Source: an uncultured delta proteobacterium (lineage in GTDB: Bacteria; Myxococcota_A; Polyangia; Palsa-1104). Taken from it: a stretch of DNA of 64,000 nucleotides. A program made the position numbers and the translations under genes. Shown piece by piece: positions 10,585 through 19,611 of this stretch (position 1 is its first letter; the number at the start of each line of letters is the position of its first letter). The stretch spans positions 96,001 through 160,000 of the forward strand of contig CAWAWS010000005.1 in assembly GCA_963785725.1 (NCBI GenBank), read 5' to 3'. A model generated the notes under the pieces. That model saw only the letters and a program-made list of their open reading frames with translations. It did not search any database and had not been told where the DNA came from.

Positions 10585-10879
10585 CTTTGTCTCCGCGGTT
10601 TGATGGTCAATGGCGTCGCGTGAGCTCGAGACGCTCTATCGTTGTCGGGATCTCTATTCACGCGAGAAGTAGGCGGCTCTACGACGCAGCGCCTGCTTTG
10701 CTCTCGAGCCGCGCCGCGCAGAACGGCGTTTCGGTGGTAACCGGCTCTCTCGCATTCGCCCGAACGTTGCTAGCCCGCACGCATGAACATCGGTTTAGCC
10801 GAGAGGCCGGCGTGACGCATTGGCGGGAGATGACAAAAGTATCGGCCTTTCTCGGCGGGGCCGACCTAGCTTCATCGGC

Positions 10880-11926
10880 ATGATGGTCGGTCGAACCGTG
10901 TCGGTCTTGTGCGCGAGGCCGGCGCTCGCCGCGTTGGATGAACGGGGCATCGACGCCGAATCGGTATTGCGTACTGCCGGCCTCTCGCGGGCGGCGCTCG
11001 CCGACATCGAGACCCGACCTCCGTGGGATCATGTTCGGCGCTTTTGGGACGCGGCGGCGGCGGCGACGCAGGATCGATATTTCGGCCTCCACGTCGGCGA
11101 GGCGGTGCCCGTGGGCGCGCTCGAGCTCGTCGATTATTTGATGGCCACGTCAGCGAACGTCGGCGAAAGCATCCGGCGCCTCTCGCGCTACATGCGGCTG
11201 CTCTATGACGAGCTGCCGATCGATCTCCATTGCGATGACCGCTACGCGCGGATCGTGGCCCGCACCGCGACGTCGGCGCCGCAGTATGCCGAATTCGCGG
11301 TGGCGTTCCGAATGGTGCGCAGCCGACAAGCCACTGCAGTCGACTGGTCGCCGGAACGCATCACCTTTCAGCACGCGGGTCGTGACGACGGCGGCGAGCT
11401 GGCGCGCGTATTTCGCTGTCCGGTGCGCTTCGCGCACCAAGAGATCGAGCTGCGCTTCGCGCCCGAGATCCTCGCGCTCCCGCACGTGCGCGGCGACTCT
11501 CGCTTGCTCGACGTACTGACACGATATGCGGATTCGTTATTGACCGCGATGCCCGAGCAATCCGACCTCGTCGGACGAGTCAATTCGGCGATTGCGCGAC
11601 AAATGGCCAAGGCGCTTCCGACGCTCGAGTCCACCGCGGCCGACGTGCGAATCCCGGAGCGGACGCTGCAGCGGCGGCTGACCGAAGCCGGCGTGACCCA
11701 TTTTTCGCTGCAGGACCAGGTCCGTCGCGACCTCGCGCTGCGCTACATCGTCGACGCACGCCTGGGCATCGCGGAGATCGCTTACTTGTTGCACTTCAAG
11801 GACGTGACTGGCTTCTACCGCGCCTTCAAACGTTGGACCGACAGGACGCCGCTCGATTATCGCAAACAGCTCATTGACGTCGGTAGACCGATGCTGGAAG
11901 CAGAGCGGCCGTCCCCGCATCGTTAA
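10880..11926 (+). CDS. AraC-family transcriptional regulator (OruR/VirS-like)
   Basis: C-terminal HTH ERTLQRRL...IAEIAYLLHF.D...FYRAFKRWT..TP..YR. Confidence 0.88.
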   Translation: MMVGRTVSVLCARPALAALDERGIDAESVLRTAGLSRAALADIETRPPWDHVRRFWDAAAAATQDRYFGLHVGEAVPVGALELVDYLMATSANVGESIRRLSRYMRLLYDELPIDLHCDDRYARIVARTATSAPQYAEFAVAFRMVRSRQATAVDWSPERITFQHAGRDDGGELARVFRCPVRFAHQEIELRFAPEILALPHVRGDSRLLDVLTRYADSLLTAMPEQSDLVGRVNSAIARQMAKALPTLESTAADVRIPERTLQRRLTEAGVTHFSLQDQVRRDLALRYIVDARLGIAEIAYLLHFKDVTGFYRAFKRWTDRTPLDYRKQLIDVGRPMLEAERPSPHR

Positions 11927-12080
11927 TCGAGCGAGGCGTTACGTCCCCGGAAGCGGCTCTGATCGCGAGCGGACGGCGCAGGCGAGATCGTCAGAAGCGA
12001 TCGCTCAGAAGGTGCCTTTGGCGCAACAAGACGCCACGCGAACTCCGATTGGCCGCCAGTCGGTGTCGCCGCGGCCCGGC

Positions 12081-14399
12081 TCAGTACCAGTGATAGACGG
12101 CCATGCCGGTGGCGTCGGCGCCGACGACGTAGATGTCGTTGGGTCCGCTGCCGTGGATGCCGGCGGGGACGAAGCTGTTGGCGAACGTCGTCGGCGCGCC
12201 CCAGCTCGAGCCGTTACCGACGGAGACGCCGAAGCTGCCGACGAAGTAGACGTTCGTCGCGCTCGAGCCCCAGATGCCGGTGACGCCCATGGGCGCGCTG
12301 GGATCGACCGCGGCCCAGCCGTTGCTGCTGCCGCTGTAGTGCTGCACGTGATCGGCGGAGACGCCGACGTAGACATCGGTGGCGCTGGTTCCCCAAACGG
12401 GACCGGTCGAGCCGGAGGCGGTGGTGCGGCTGCCGACCTGAACCGTCGTCCAGTTGTTGCCGGTCGCGTCTTCGACGGCCATACCCCAGCTGTAGCTGCA
12501 GTCGGTGGTGCAGTGGCGCGAGTTGTAGGCGCAGAAGAGCGCGGCGTCGCTGGCGCCCCACAACATGTCGCAGCCCGACGCGGCCGTCAGCGGCGTGCCC
12601 ATGCCGGACTGCGTGTACTGCAGCGCTTGCGTCGACAGGCCGCTGTTGCCGAGGCCGCCGGTGGAGGTCGTCTGCGTGACCCACACGTCGTTGGCGCCGA
12701 AGGCGAAGATGCCGCCGTACGTCGACGTCGTCTCGCTCGACTCCCCGTGCCAGACGTTGTCGCCGCTCGAACGATACAGGGTCGAGCCGGCGATGGCCCA
12801 TTGATCGGTCGGTCCGGTGCCGGTAATCCAAGTGAGCATGTCGCCGCTGGCGGTGCCGGTGCTGGCGGTCCAGGCGCCGGTCGCCGCGCGATGGAACGTG
12901 GCCCCGTTGTCGCCGACCGTCCAGACGTGCGCGCCGGTGGCGTCCGCGGTCCAGACCGAGCGCAGCGAGCCGGCCGGCGGGCTCGCCGGCCGTTCCAGCG
13001 TCCACACCGGCGTGCCGGCGCCGCTCAGCGCGAGCGTGGCCAGTGGCGAGGTCGCGCCGTTGACGTCGAGCGTCGTCGTGCGCGTGCCGGTGGCGCCGGG
13101 CGTGAACGCGACCGCCACCGTGCAGCCGGGCGGACCGACGGCGAGCGCGGCGCCGCCGCAGTGATCGGTGACGATGAAGTCGCCGCTGTTGCCGCCGCTG
13201 ACGACGGTGGCGGCGAGCGTCGCCGTGGGCACGTCGCCGCTGTTGGTGACGGTGAACGTCTGCGTGCCCGCCTGCGTGCCGTGCGGACCGCTGGCGAAGC
13301 TGTAGCCGCCCGACGTCGACGGCGAGATGCTGACGATGGGCGGCGACTGGGCGACGCCGGTGATCGTCGCCGTCGCCGGATTGGTGTCGCTGGCGCCGTT
13401 GCCGACCGTGAGCGACTCCGAGAACGTGCCGCGCTGGCTGCCGGCGGTGAAGGTGACGGTGACCGTGCACATGCCGTTGGGCGCCAACGTCTGATTGCAG
13501 CCGCTGGCGACGAACTGCTTGTCGTTGGTGCCGACCACGAGCGTGCTGGTCGTCGTTTGACCGGTGTTGGTGGCGACGAAGCTGGCCGTCTTGGTGCTGG
13601 CGTGGCCGAGCAGCGCCGCGCCGCAGTCGCCGCTGTCGGGCGTGAGCGAGATTTGGCCCGGCGTCAACGCCTGGCCTTTGACCTCGCCCATGACCGAGTC
13701 GCTGCCGGCGCTGATGGTGAACGTCTCGTCCTCGTCGCCGGCGGCGCTCGGCGTGAGCGTCGCCGAGACCGAGCACGAATCGAGCGCTTGGATGGCAGCG
13801 TTGCACGTCGTCGTGATGGCGAAGTCGCCCGCCTGTCCGGCCACGGTATTCATCGCCAGCGTCGGCATGGACGTGGCGACGCTGCCGTTGTTGGTGATCT
13901 TGAACGTCGTCGTGGCGCTGTGCCCGACGGTGATTTGGCCGAAGTCGTTGAGCGCGCGATCGATGGTCAGCGTCGCCGGAATCACCATGTCGGGCGACGA
14001 CGGCGGCGCCGGCGTCATATCGAGGCCCATGTCGCCCGTCGGGGCCACCATCGTCGCCATGAGCGGCAGATCGACGTGCGTCACCTGCCCGAGCACGATC
14101 GGCGTCGTGAGCTGCCCCGTGCCGAGCAAGTTGGTGCCGCCGTAAACGCTGACGGCGATCACCAAATTTCCAGTGATGCTGCGCGGGAAGCCGATGCCGA
14201 GGTCGAGCGGCGTCGACGCGGCCGCCGCCGGGCTGCGATCGAACGCGTGCATCACGCCGCCCGCGCTCGCTTCGACATGCACGCGCGTGATGCCGCTCAG
14301 CGCCGGCGTCGCGGTCAAGTTGACGTCCACCAGGCTGTCCTTGCCCGCGCAGCCGGCGGCCAAGAGCGACAGCGCCATCAGGAACTGGAGAGTACGCAT
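12081..14399 (-). CDS. Large lipoprotein with Ig-like (choice-of-anchor D/ASH-like) domains and a C-terminal WG-repeat propeller
   Basis: LAAGC lipobox, repeated F.ITN.G / C.V.V.FTP Ig-like units, C-terminal vWGsSatDVY repeats. TAATG overlap with the upstream TPR gene. Confidence 0.75.
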   Translation of the reverse strand: MRTLQFLMALSLLAAGCAGKDSLVDVNLTATPALSGITRVHVEASAGGVMHAFDRSPAAAASTPLDLGIGFPRSITGNLVIAVSVYGGTNLLGTGQLTTPIVLGQVTHVDLPLMATMVAPTGDMGLDMTPAPPSSPDMVIPATLTIDRALNDFGQITVGHSATTTFKITNNGSVATSMPTLAMNTVAGQAGDFAITTTCNAAIQALDSCSVSATLTPSAAGDEDETFTISAGSDSVMGEVKGQALTPGQISLTPDSGDCGAALLGHASTKTASFVATNTGQTTTSTLVVGTNDKQFVASGCNQTLAPNGMCTVTVTFTAGSQRGTFSESLTVGNGASDTNPATATITGVAQSPPIVSISPSTSGGYSFASGPHGTQAGTQTFTVTNSGDVPTATLAATVVSGGNSGDFIVTDHCGGAALAVGPPGCTVAVAFTPGATGTRTTTLDVNGATSPLATLALSGAGTPVWTLERPASPPAGSLRSVWTADATGAHVWTVGDNGATFHRAATGAWTASTGTASGDMLTWITGTGPTDQWAIAGSTLYRSSGDNVWHGESSETTSTYGGIFAFGANDVWVTQTTSTGGLGNSGLSTQALQYTQSGMGTPLTAASGCDMLWGASDAALFCAYNSRHCTTDCSYSWGMAVEDATGNNWTTVQVGSRTTASGSTGPVWGTSATDVYVGVSADHVQHYSGSSNGWAAVDPSAPMGVTGIWGSSATNVYFVGSFGVSVGNGSSWGAPTTFANSFVPAGIHGSGPNDIYVVGADATGMAVYHWY

Positions 14400-15010
14400 T
14401 AGAATTGGAAGGTCCCGAGCGCCGTGCTCACGTGTTGTTTGGGATCTTGCGTCAGCGCCACGGCCACGCCCGCCGCGACACCGCCGGCGACCGCGACGCC
14501 GACGATCGTCCACACCCACCACTTCTTGTACGTGGGCTTATCGGCGCGCGGCGCGACCGGCGGGGCCGTCAGCTCGGTCACGGCCGGTGGCGGCGCCTGC
14601 TGCGGCGGCAAGACGCTGACGGGAGGCGTCGCTTTCTCGGCCGCGAGCGCGCGGTCGCGGGCGCGCTGCTCCTCGATCTCGTGCTCCAAGCGCGCGACGA
14701 CCGCTTTGACCTCGTCGCGATTGGCGGCATCGGGCGCCTCGGCCAGATACATCTTGTATTGGCGGACGGCCTCTTCGCGCTGGTCGAGCTGGCGCTCACA
14801 CTGCGCAATGTTGAAGAGGAACGTCGGATCCTCGTAGGCGCGGAAGGCGGCTTTGAAGTCCTGCAGCGCCTCCTTGAACTCGCCCAGCTTGTAGTGCTGG
14901 CTGCCGCGACGAAAGGCATCGCGCGCCACGTTGCGGTCGTCGGCGAACGCGGGGCCTGCCGACAACGCGAGGAAGATAAACAATAGGACGAGAGGCGATC
15001 GGCCGATCAT
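14399..15010 (-). CDS. TPR-repeat protein with C-terminal membrane segment
   Basis: ARDAFRRG..HYKLGEF.EA...FKAA TPR pattern, then YKKWWVW and a TM helix. Paralog of 5411..6031. Confidence 0.8.
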   Translation of the reverse strand: MIGRSPLVLLFIFLALSAGPAFADDRNVARDAFRRGSQHYKLGEFKEALQDFKAAFRAYEDPTFLFNIAQCERQLDQREEAVRQYKMYLAEAPDAANRDEVKAVVARLEHEIEEQRARDRALAAEKATPPVSVLPPQQAPPPAVTELTAPPVAPRADKPTYKKWWVWTIVGVAVAGGVAAGVAVALTQDPKQHVSTALGTFQF

Positions 15011-15132
15011 CGCCGCAGTTATCGCCGTTCAGCCCGAAAAAGTCTCGTGATTTGAGTCACGAAAATTCAACTCGTCGCAGGATCATTCCGGGGCGCCCGA
15101 TCGCGGCTTCATCGGGCTTTAGCCACGCTCGA

Positions 15133-15999
15133 CTACGGCGTCGTGTAGTCGCTGTCTTGGACCGGCTCGAGCACCTGCACCGAGCCGTAGATATCGTAGT
15201 CGAGGATGCCGGTGATCGCGCTGAACGTCGTCGCGACGTGCACGGGAACGGCGCTCGGCTGCGTGAGGCACTCCGGCGAGCTCGCCAGATGCTCCGACGA
15301 ATAGAATGCGTTCTCGACCAGCGCCTTGTTGCCGCTGCCGTCGACGACCTCGAAGCCACTGTACGTGGGTGGCGCGCAGCCCGAGCAGCTGCCGTTGACG
15401 CCGGCGTCGCCCGCGCAGCTCGAGTCATAAAGCGCCGTCGGCGTGACGTCATCGACCGTGACTTTGGTGGCCAGCTTGACCAACGTGCCGACGTACTTGC
15501 TCATGCCCGACGGGCTCAGATCGGTCGTCGCGACCGTTGGAATCGGCGGCGCCGTGCCGGTCATCGAGGTCATGGTCACGGCCGTCGGATCGAGCTCGTT
15601 CTTGCCCTTGTAAGCCGAGATCGTGCCCGTGACCGTCGCCAGCGAATGCAGCGCCGGCGCCATGATGCTCGCGGCGCACGGCTTCTTCGCCCCGTGATCG
15701 CAGAACACGTCGATCCCCGCGTAGGCCCCGCCCGCCGGATCCTCGATGTAGAACTCCGCTTTGTCGGTCGTGTTCGAGCGCACGGCGGTGACATAGGCCG
15801 TGACGGTAATCGGCGTCGTGACCTTGTTCATGATCGCGTCGGCGATCGTCATCGTCGTCGTCGTCACGGTCATCGCCAGGTCCGGCTCGCTCTGCGCGCC
15901 CAAGTCGGGCTTGTCGACATTGCCACTGCCACTGCCGTTACCACCACACCCGACGGTTGCCGCAAGCGCAGCAGCCAGGAACGTACGACTGAGCATCAT
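15133..15999 (-). CDS. Hypothetical lipoprotein, probable OB-fold domains
   Basis: TVGC lipobox, AGGAGG RBS, FYIEDPAGGAY.GI.VF and VTGTISAYKG..EL patterns. Confidence 0.65.
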   Translation of the reverse strand: MMLSRTFLAAALAATVGCGGNGSGSGNVDKPDLGAQSEPDLAMTVTTTTMTIADAIMNKVTTPITVTAYVTAVRSNTTDKAEFYIEDPAGGAYAGIDVFCDHGAKKPCAASIMAPALHSLATVTGTISAYKGKNELDPTAVTMTSMTGTAPPIPTVATTDLSPSGMSKYVGTLVKLATKVTVDDVTPTALYDSSCAGDAGVNGSCSGCAPPTYSGFEVVDGSGNKALVENAFYSSEHLASSPECLTQPSAVPVHVATTFSAITGILDYDIYGSVQVLEPVQDSDYTTP

Positions 16000-16169
16000 T
16001 TCCTCCTGTGCGCATGAATGTCCCGCTCGGATGACTAGCTTCAACGTCATCGACGTTTCTTCGCCGGCGCTTTTCAGGAACAATGGCGGATTAGACTCGT
16101 CTCAGTAATCACTCGCACTGTCATCGTCTTTGACATCGTCGCGTTCTCCGTAGCCGGGCAAAGATTCCA

Positions 16170-16967
16170 TTGATCGTCGTGCTCTTATTGGTTCCGCTCG
16201 TGCTCGACGAGTCAGCCGCCACTCAGCGGGTCTCCGAGATTCGCGCCCACTTCAGCCAGCAGCCAAAGCAACAATCGATGCAGGCGCTCGAGCAGCTGGT
16301 CGCCGACGCGCCGGACACGACCGCCGCCGCGCGCGCGGCCGAGTGGCTCGGCGACCTCTGGCGTACCGAGCACGATGATGGCCAGGCGGAGATGAGCTAT
16401 CGGCGCGCCTATCGGGCGGTCGACCGACGCGCGCACGGGCTCGCCGCGCGCGGGCTCGGCGACATCGCGATCGACCACGGCCACTTCGCGACCGCGCTGG
16501 CGTTCTATTCCGAAGCGCGCGCCGCCTCCGAGTCACACCTGCTCGACGCGGAGCTCGATCTCAAGATCGCCCTCGCGCGCAAGCTGCGCAGGCGCAGGCT
16601 CGCGGAATGGGCCTCATGGAGCTTCGTCGCCGCGACCATCGCCGGACTGCTCGCCGGCAGTCGCTTTTGGCGCCGGCCGCGTCTCTCCGTTCCGGCCGAT
16701 CTGCTTTACGTCGTCCCCGTCTACGCGCTCTTGACCGTCGCGTGCATCGGCCGCGATCCGAAGGTCTTGCACGCGCTGTGGCTGATCGCGGGCGCATCCG
16801 CGGCGCTCATCGGCAGTGCCGGCGCCGCCGCCGAGCGCAGCCCGCCGCGCGGCCGTCGTCGTCTGTTGCGCGCGGGCCTGCTGGCTGCAGCGACGGTCGC
16901 CATCCTCTATGCGTCCGCCAACCGCGCCGGGCTCATCGACTCCATGTTGCTCACGGCCGCCACCTGA
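16170..16967 (+). CDS. Hypothetical membrane protein (helical/TPR-like N-terminus, about 4 TM C-terminus)
   Basis: ORF-track protein with a helical-repeat region followed by hydrophobic segments. Confidence 0.6.
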   Translation: MIVVLLLVPLVLDESAATQRVSEIRAHFSQQPKQQSMQALEQLVADAPDTTAAARAAEWLGDLWRTEHDDGQAEMSYRRAYRAVDRRAHGLAARGLGDIAIDHGHFATALAFYSEARAASESHLLDAELDLKIALARKLRRRRLAEWASWSFVAATIAGLLAGSRFWRRPRLSVPADLLYVVPVYALLTVACIGRDPKVLHALWLIAGASAALIGSAGAAAERSPPRGRRRLLRAGLLAAATVAILYASANRAGLIDSMLLTAAT

Positions 16968-16970
16968 CAA

Positions 16971-17945
16971 TCACATTTTCTGACCGGTCGGGCTGACAGT
17001 CCACGTATCGGTCATCATGCCGGTCGCTTCGTCCAATTCGCTGACGGTGATGTTGCCATTGGCCTGTTGCTCGACCAGCAGCAGGCCATATTCGGTGCCA
17101 CTATCGAGCGGCGCGCCCGCATTGCCCGAGATGACGTGCTGCGTATCGACGTGCCGGTATTCGTGGGTGTGCCCGAGCAGCTCGATCGTATACGGATGGG
17201 CCGCCACGATGGCTTCGGACGTGGCGACGCAGGCCGGAACCCCCGCCGAAGTAGTCGATTCATGCCGAACGACGAACGTATAGGTCGTCGCGTCGCTCAG
17301 CTGCGTTTCGAGCCAACTCTGCTGCGTGTTGCTCGCGTCCCAGGAATTCGCCGCGATGAATACAAACTTCGCTTTGCCGAGCGGCGTATTGACATCGATT
17401 CGATAGTAAGGAGTCGTGACGCCCGCCGGAACCATTTGCATGAACGCTTTGATATTGGCGGTCTCGTTCAGATTCGGACAGTTCGAGAGGTCGGCGCCGG
17501 TGCATTCATGGTTGCCCATCGCCAGATAGACAGGACCGGCGCTATACGAGGCCATCGCCTTCTTGAAGAGCGCGACTTGAGCAGGCACGACGCTGGCGTC
17601 GGTGGCGAACATGTAGTCGCCAGTGCCGACGACGAATTGCGCGCCGTTCGACTGAGCGAGCGCGAAAATGCCGGTGATGATCGACGATGGATAGCCCGCC
17701 GTATCGTTGTCGTTCGGCGGCCGACTGTCGCCAAAGACGGCGAACTTCATCAGGCCGCCACCCATCGCCAGATCGGTCGACGCGCTGCCCGTTCCACCAC
17801 CACCGCCAGCCTGCCCTCCACCGCTTCCGCCATTCGCGACTGCCATGTCGCTGCGAGCCGCGCCTCCGCCGCCAGCGTGACTGCCCGCGCCCGTTTGCCC
17901 GCAACCGACGATGAGGAGGACCGGCAGGATGCGATGGATGCGCAT
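16971..17945 (-). CDS. Calcineurin-like metallophosphoesterase lipoprotein
   Basis: IVGC lipobox; FGDS, GTGDY, GNHE, HE, GHTH metal-binding motifs. Confidence 0.85.
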   Translation of the reverse strand: MRIHRILPVLLIVGCGQTGAGSHAGGGGAARSDMAVANGGSGGGQAGGGGGTGSASTDLAMGGGLMKFAVFGDSRPPNDNDTAGYPSSIITGIFALAQSNGAQFVVGTGDYMFATDASVVPAQVALFKKAMASYSAGPVYLAMGNHECTGADLSNCPNLNETANIKAFMQMVPAGVTTPYYRIDVNTPLGKAKFVFIAANSWDASNTQQSWLETQLSDATTYTFVVRHESTTSAGVPACVATSEAIVAAHPYTIELLGHTHEYRHVDTQHVISGNAGAPLDSGTEYGLLLVEQQANGNITVSELDEATGMMTDTWTVSPTGQKM

Positions 17946-18061
17946 GCCTGTAGATGTCGTCCGACAAGACAAGCCTTCACCCGAACGTCGGCCTCTTGAT
18001 TCCCGGCGTTTGCACGGCCCAAATCAACTAGCGCAAGGGCAAGCGCCGTCTGCATTCGAGC

Positions 18062-18097
18062 TGGGCAACTTTCGAACAGTGCGCAGCAAACGGACAG
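18062..18097 (+). promoter_or_regulatory. Tandem 18-bp motif TGCGCA-N3-WTCGDACAG, candidate enhancer (representative of 7 sites)
   Basis: TGGGCAactTTCGAACAG TGCGCAgcaAACGGACAG. Related copies at 2552, 5304, 23720, 25041, 29903-29939 (minus strand) and 30627. Confidence 0.65.
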
Positions 18098-18138
18098 CTC
18101 GTAGCCCGCCGTTTGCCGCCAAAGCCGCTGGGCGCGAC

Positions 18139-18154
18139 TGGCATCGAGCTTGCT
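18139..18154 (+). promoter_or_regulatory. Sigma54 -24/-12 promoter
   Basis: TGGCATCGAGCTTGCT (GG-N10-GC), upstream of the lgt-like gene. Confidence 0.75.
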
Positions 18155-18237
18155 GACCCACTGCAGTCTCCGCGGTCATCGTTGTCCGACTGGCACAACC
18201 GCCGTTCGAGAGGTCCAGACTGATTCCCTGGCTCAAC

Positions 18238-19008
18238 TTGGACGTGCCTGTGCTCGCGGGATCGGCGGCGCCGTTCTGGATCCTCGTCGCGGTTGGCATC
18301 GCGTTGGGCACGAGGGCCAGCCTGCAGCGCGGCGACCAGCTCGGCCTGACCCACCCGCTCCGCTCGTTGCTGACCGCCGTCCTCGTCGGAGGATTCGTCT
18401 CGGCCCGGCTGCTCTATCTCGTCGCCGAACGACCGAGCGCGCAGCCCATGCGCTGGCTCGACCTCGTCGCGCCCGCGGGCCGACTGTCGTCATTCGGCGG
18501 ATTCGCAGGCGCCGTCGTGATGCTGCGTCGGTGGACACATCGGCGCCATCTGCCCGTCGCACCTTACGCCGACGCGCTCGCCGCGGGCTTCCCGCTCGGC
18601 TGGCTCTTCGGCCGCCTCGGCTGCTTCATCGCGCACGATCATCCCGGTCGACTGACCCACTTCTTCTTGGGCGTGCGCTATCCCGACGGCGTCCGTCATG
18701 ACCTCGGCCTCGACGAAGCGCTCTATGCCGCGACTATTGCCGTCATCTTTCGGCTACTCCAGCGTCGCGCCCGTCCGGTCGGCACCTATACGACCATTCT
18801 CATCGTCACTTATGCGCCCGTGCGGTTCGCGCTCGATTTCCTGCGCACGAGCGACGAGCGCTATCTCGGGCTGACGGTCGCGCAAGCCGGCTGCTTCCTG
18901 CTCTGGGCGGCGGCGATGTACCTGGTGACCGCGACGCTGTTGGCGATGACCGAAACCACAGCGCGGTCGCGATTGCAACCTGAAGATCGGAGTCGTGAAC
19001 AGTCTTGA
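18238..19008 (+). CDS. lgt: Prolipoprotein diacylglyceryl transferase family protein
   Basis: ARLLYL, SSFGGF, YADALA, GRLGCFIAHDHPG, RHDLGLDE, YAPVRFALDFLR; multi-TM. Confidence 0.8.
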   Translation: MDVPVLAGSAAPFWILVAVGIALGTRASLQRGDQLGLTHPLRSLLTAVLVGGFVSARLLYLVAERPSAQPMRWLDLVAPAGRLSSFGGFAGAVVMLRRWTHRRHLPVAPYADALAAGFPLGWLFGRLGCFIAHDHPGRLTHFFLGVRYPDGVRHDLGLDEALYAATIAVIFRLLQRRARPVGTYTTILIVTYAPVRFALDFLRTSDERYLGLTVAQAGCFLLWAAAMYLVTATLLAMTETTARSRLQPEDRSREQS

Positions 19009-19078
19009 GTGCTGTCTTTTTACTCGCCGATTCGCGCTATTTCGAGAACCCTCGATCGCCGCGCTACGTCTCACTCGC

Positions 19079-19327
19079 ATGACGCCCAAACCGAGCCGCA
19101 CGCAGCTCATTCAATGGTCGCACTGGCTCTCTGAGCGTTCGGGCTGCTTGATCCACGGTCGGGACGCCAGTCACGCCTTCGTCGGCTGCGCGCCTACCGA
19201 CTCGGAAGAGCCGCGCATCGAATGCGGCCAATGCCAACACAATGGCAGACATACGCTGCTCTCTTTCTGGAACCGCGATCGCGATCAAGTGTTGGCCGAC
19301 TCGCGAACGGTCGATCGAAGTCAATGA
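19079..19327 (+). CDS. Small hypothetical protein with CxxH and CxxC
   Basis: MTPKPSR...GCLIHG...IECGQC... Fills the gap between lgt and the Rieske relic. Confidence 0.35.
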   Translation: MTPKPSRTQLIQWSHWLSERSGCLIHGRDASHAFVGCAPTDSEEPRIECGQCQHNGRHTLLSFWNRDRDQVLADSRTVDRSQ

Positions 19328-19341
19328 ACCGAGGAGGGCTC

Positions 19342-19611
19342 ATGTCGCACCCACGAGACCGCCCCGCGCCGAGCGCGTCCCGACGGCACTTCTGTCGCTG
19401 AGCGGCGCTGGCGTTCGAGGCCGGCGGTCTGTACGCCATCTCCGCCATCTGCACACATCAAGGCTGCACCGTAGACTTCGCGAGCGCGGCCAGCGGATTC
19501 CATCGTCCGTGCCACGGCTCCGTGTTCTCGTTCGATGGCCTCGTCGAAGGCGGACCGGCAACGGCCTCGCTGGTGCACTACGGCGTATCGCCCGACGATC
19601 GCCTCGCGTGA
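19342..19611 (+). pseudogene. Degenerate Rieske [2Fe-2S] gene
   Basis: GGAGG RBS. MSHPRDRPAPSASRRHFCR*AALAFEAGGLYAISAICTHQGCTV...FHRPCHGSVFSFDG..GGPA. In-frame TGA at 19399; the box-2 ligand Cys is replaced by Arg. Confidence 0.8.

Noticed and set aside
19399..19401. In-frame TGA as selenocysteine
   Set aside because: It lies in the signal-peptide region, not at a catalytic Cys, and the gene has other lesions.
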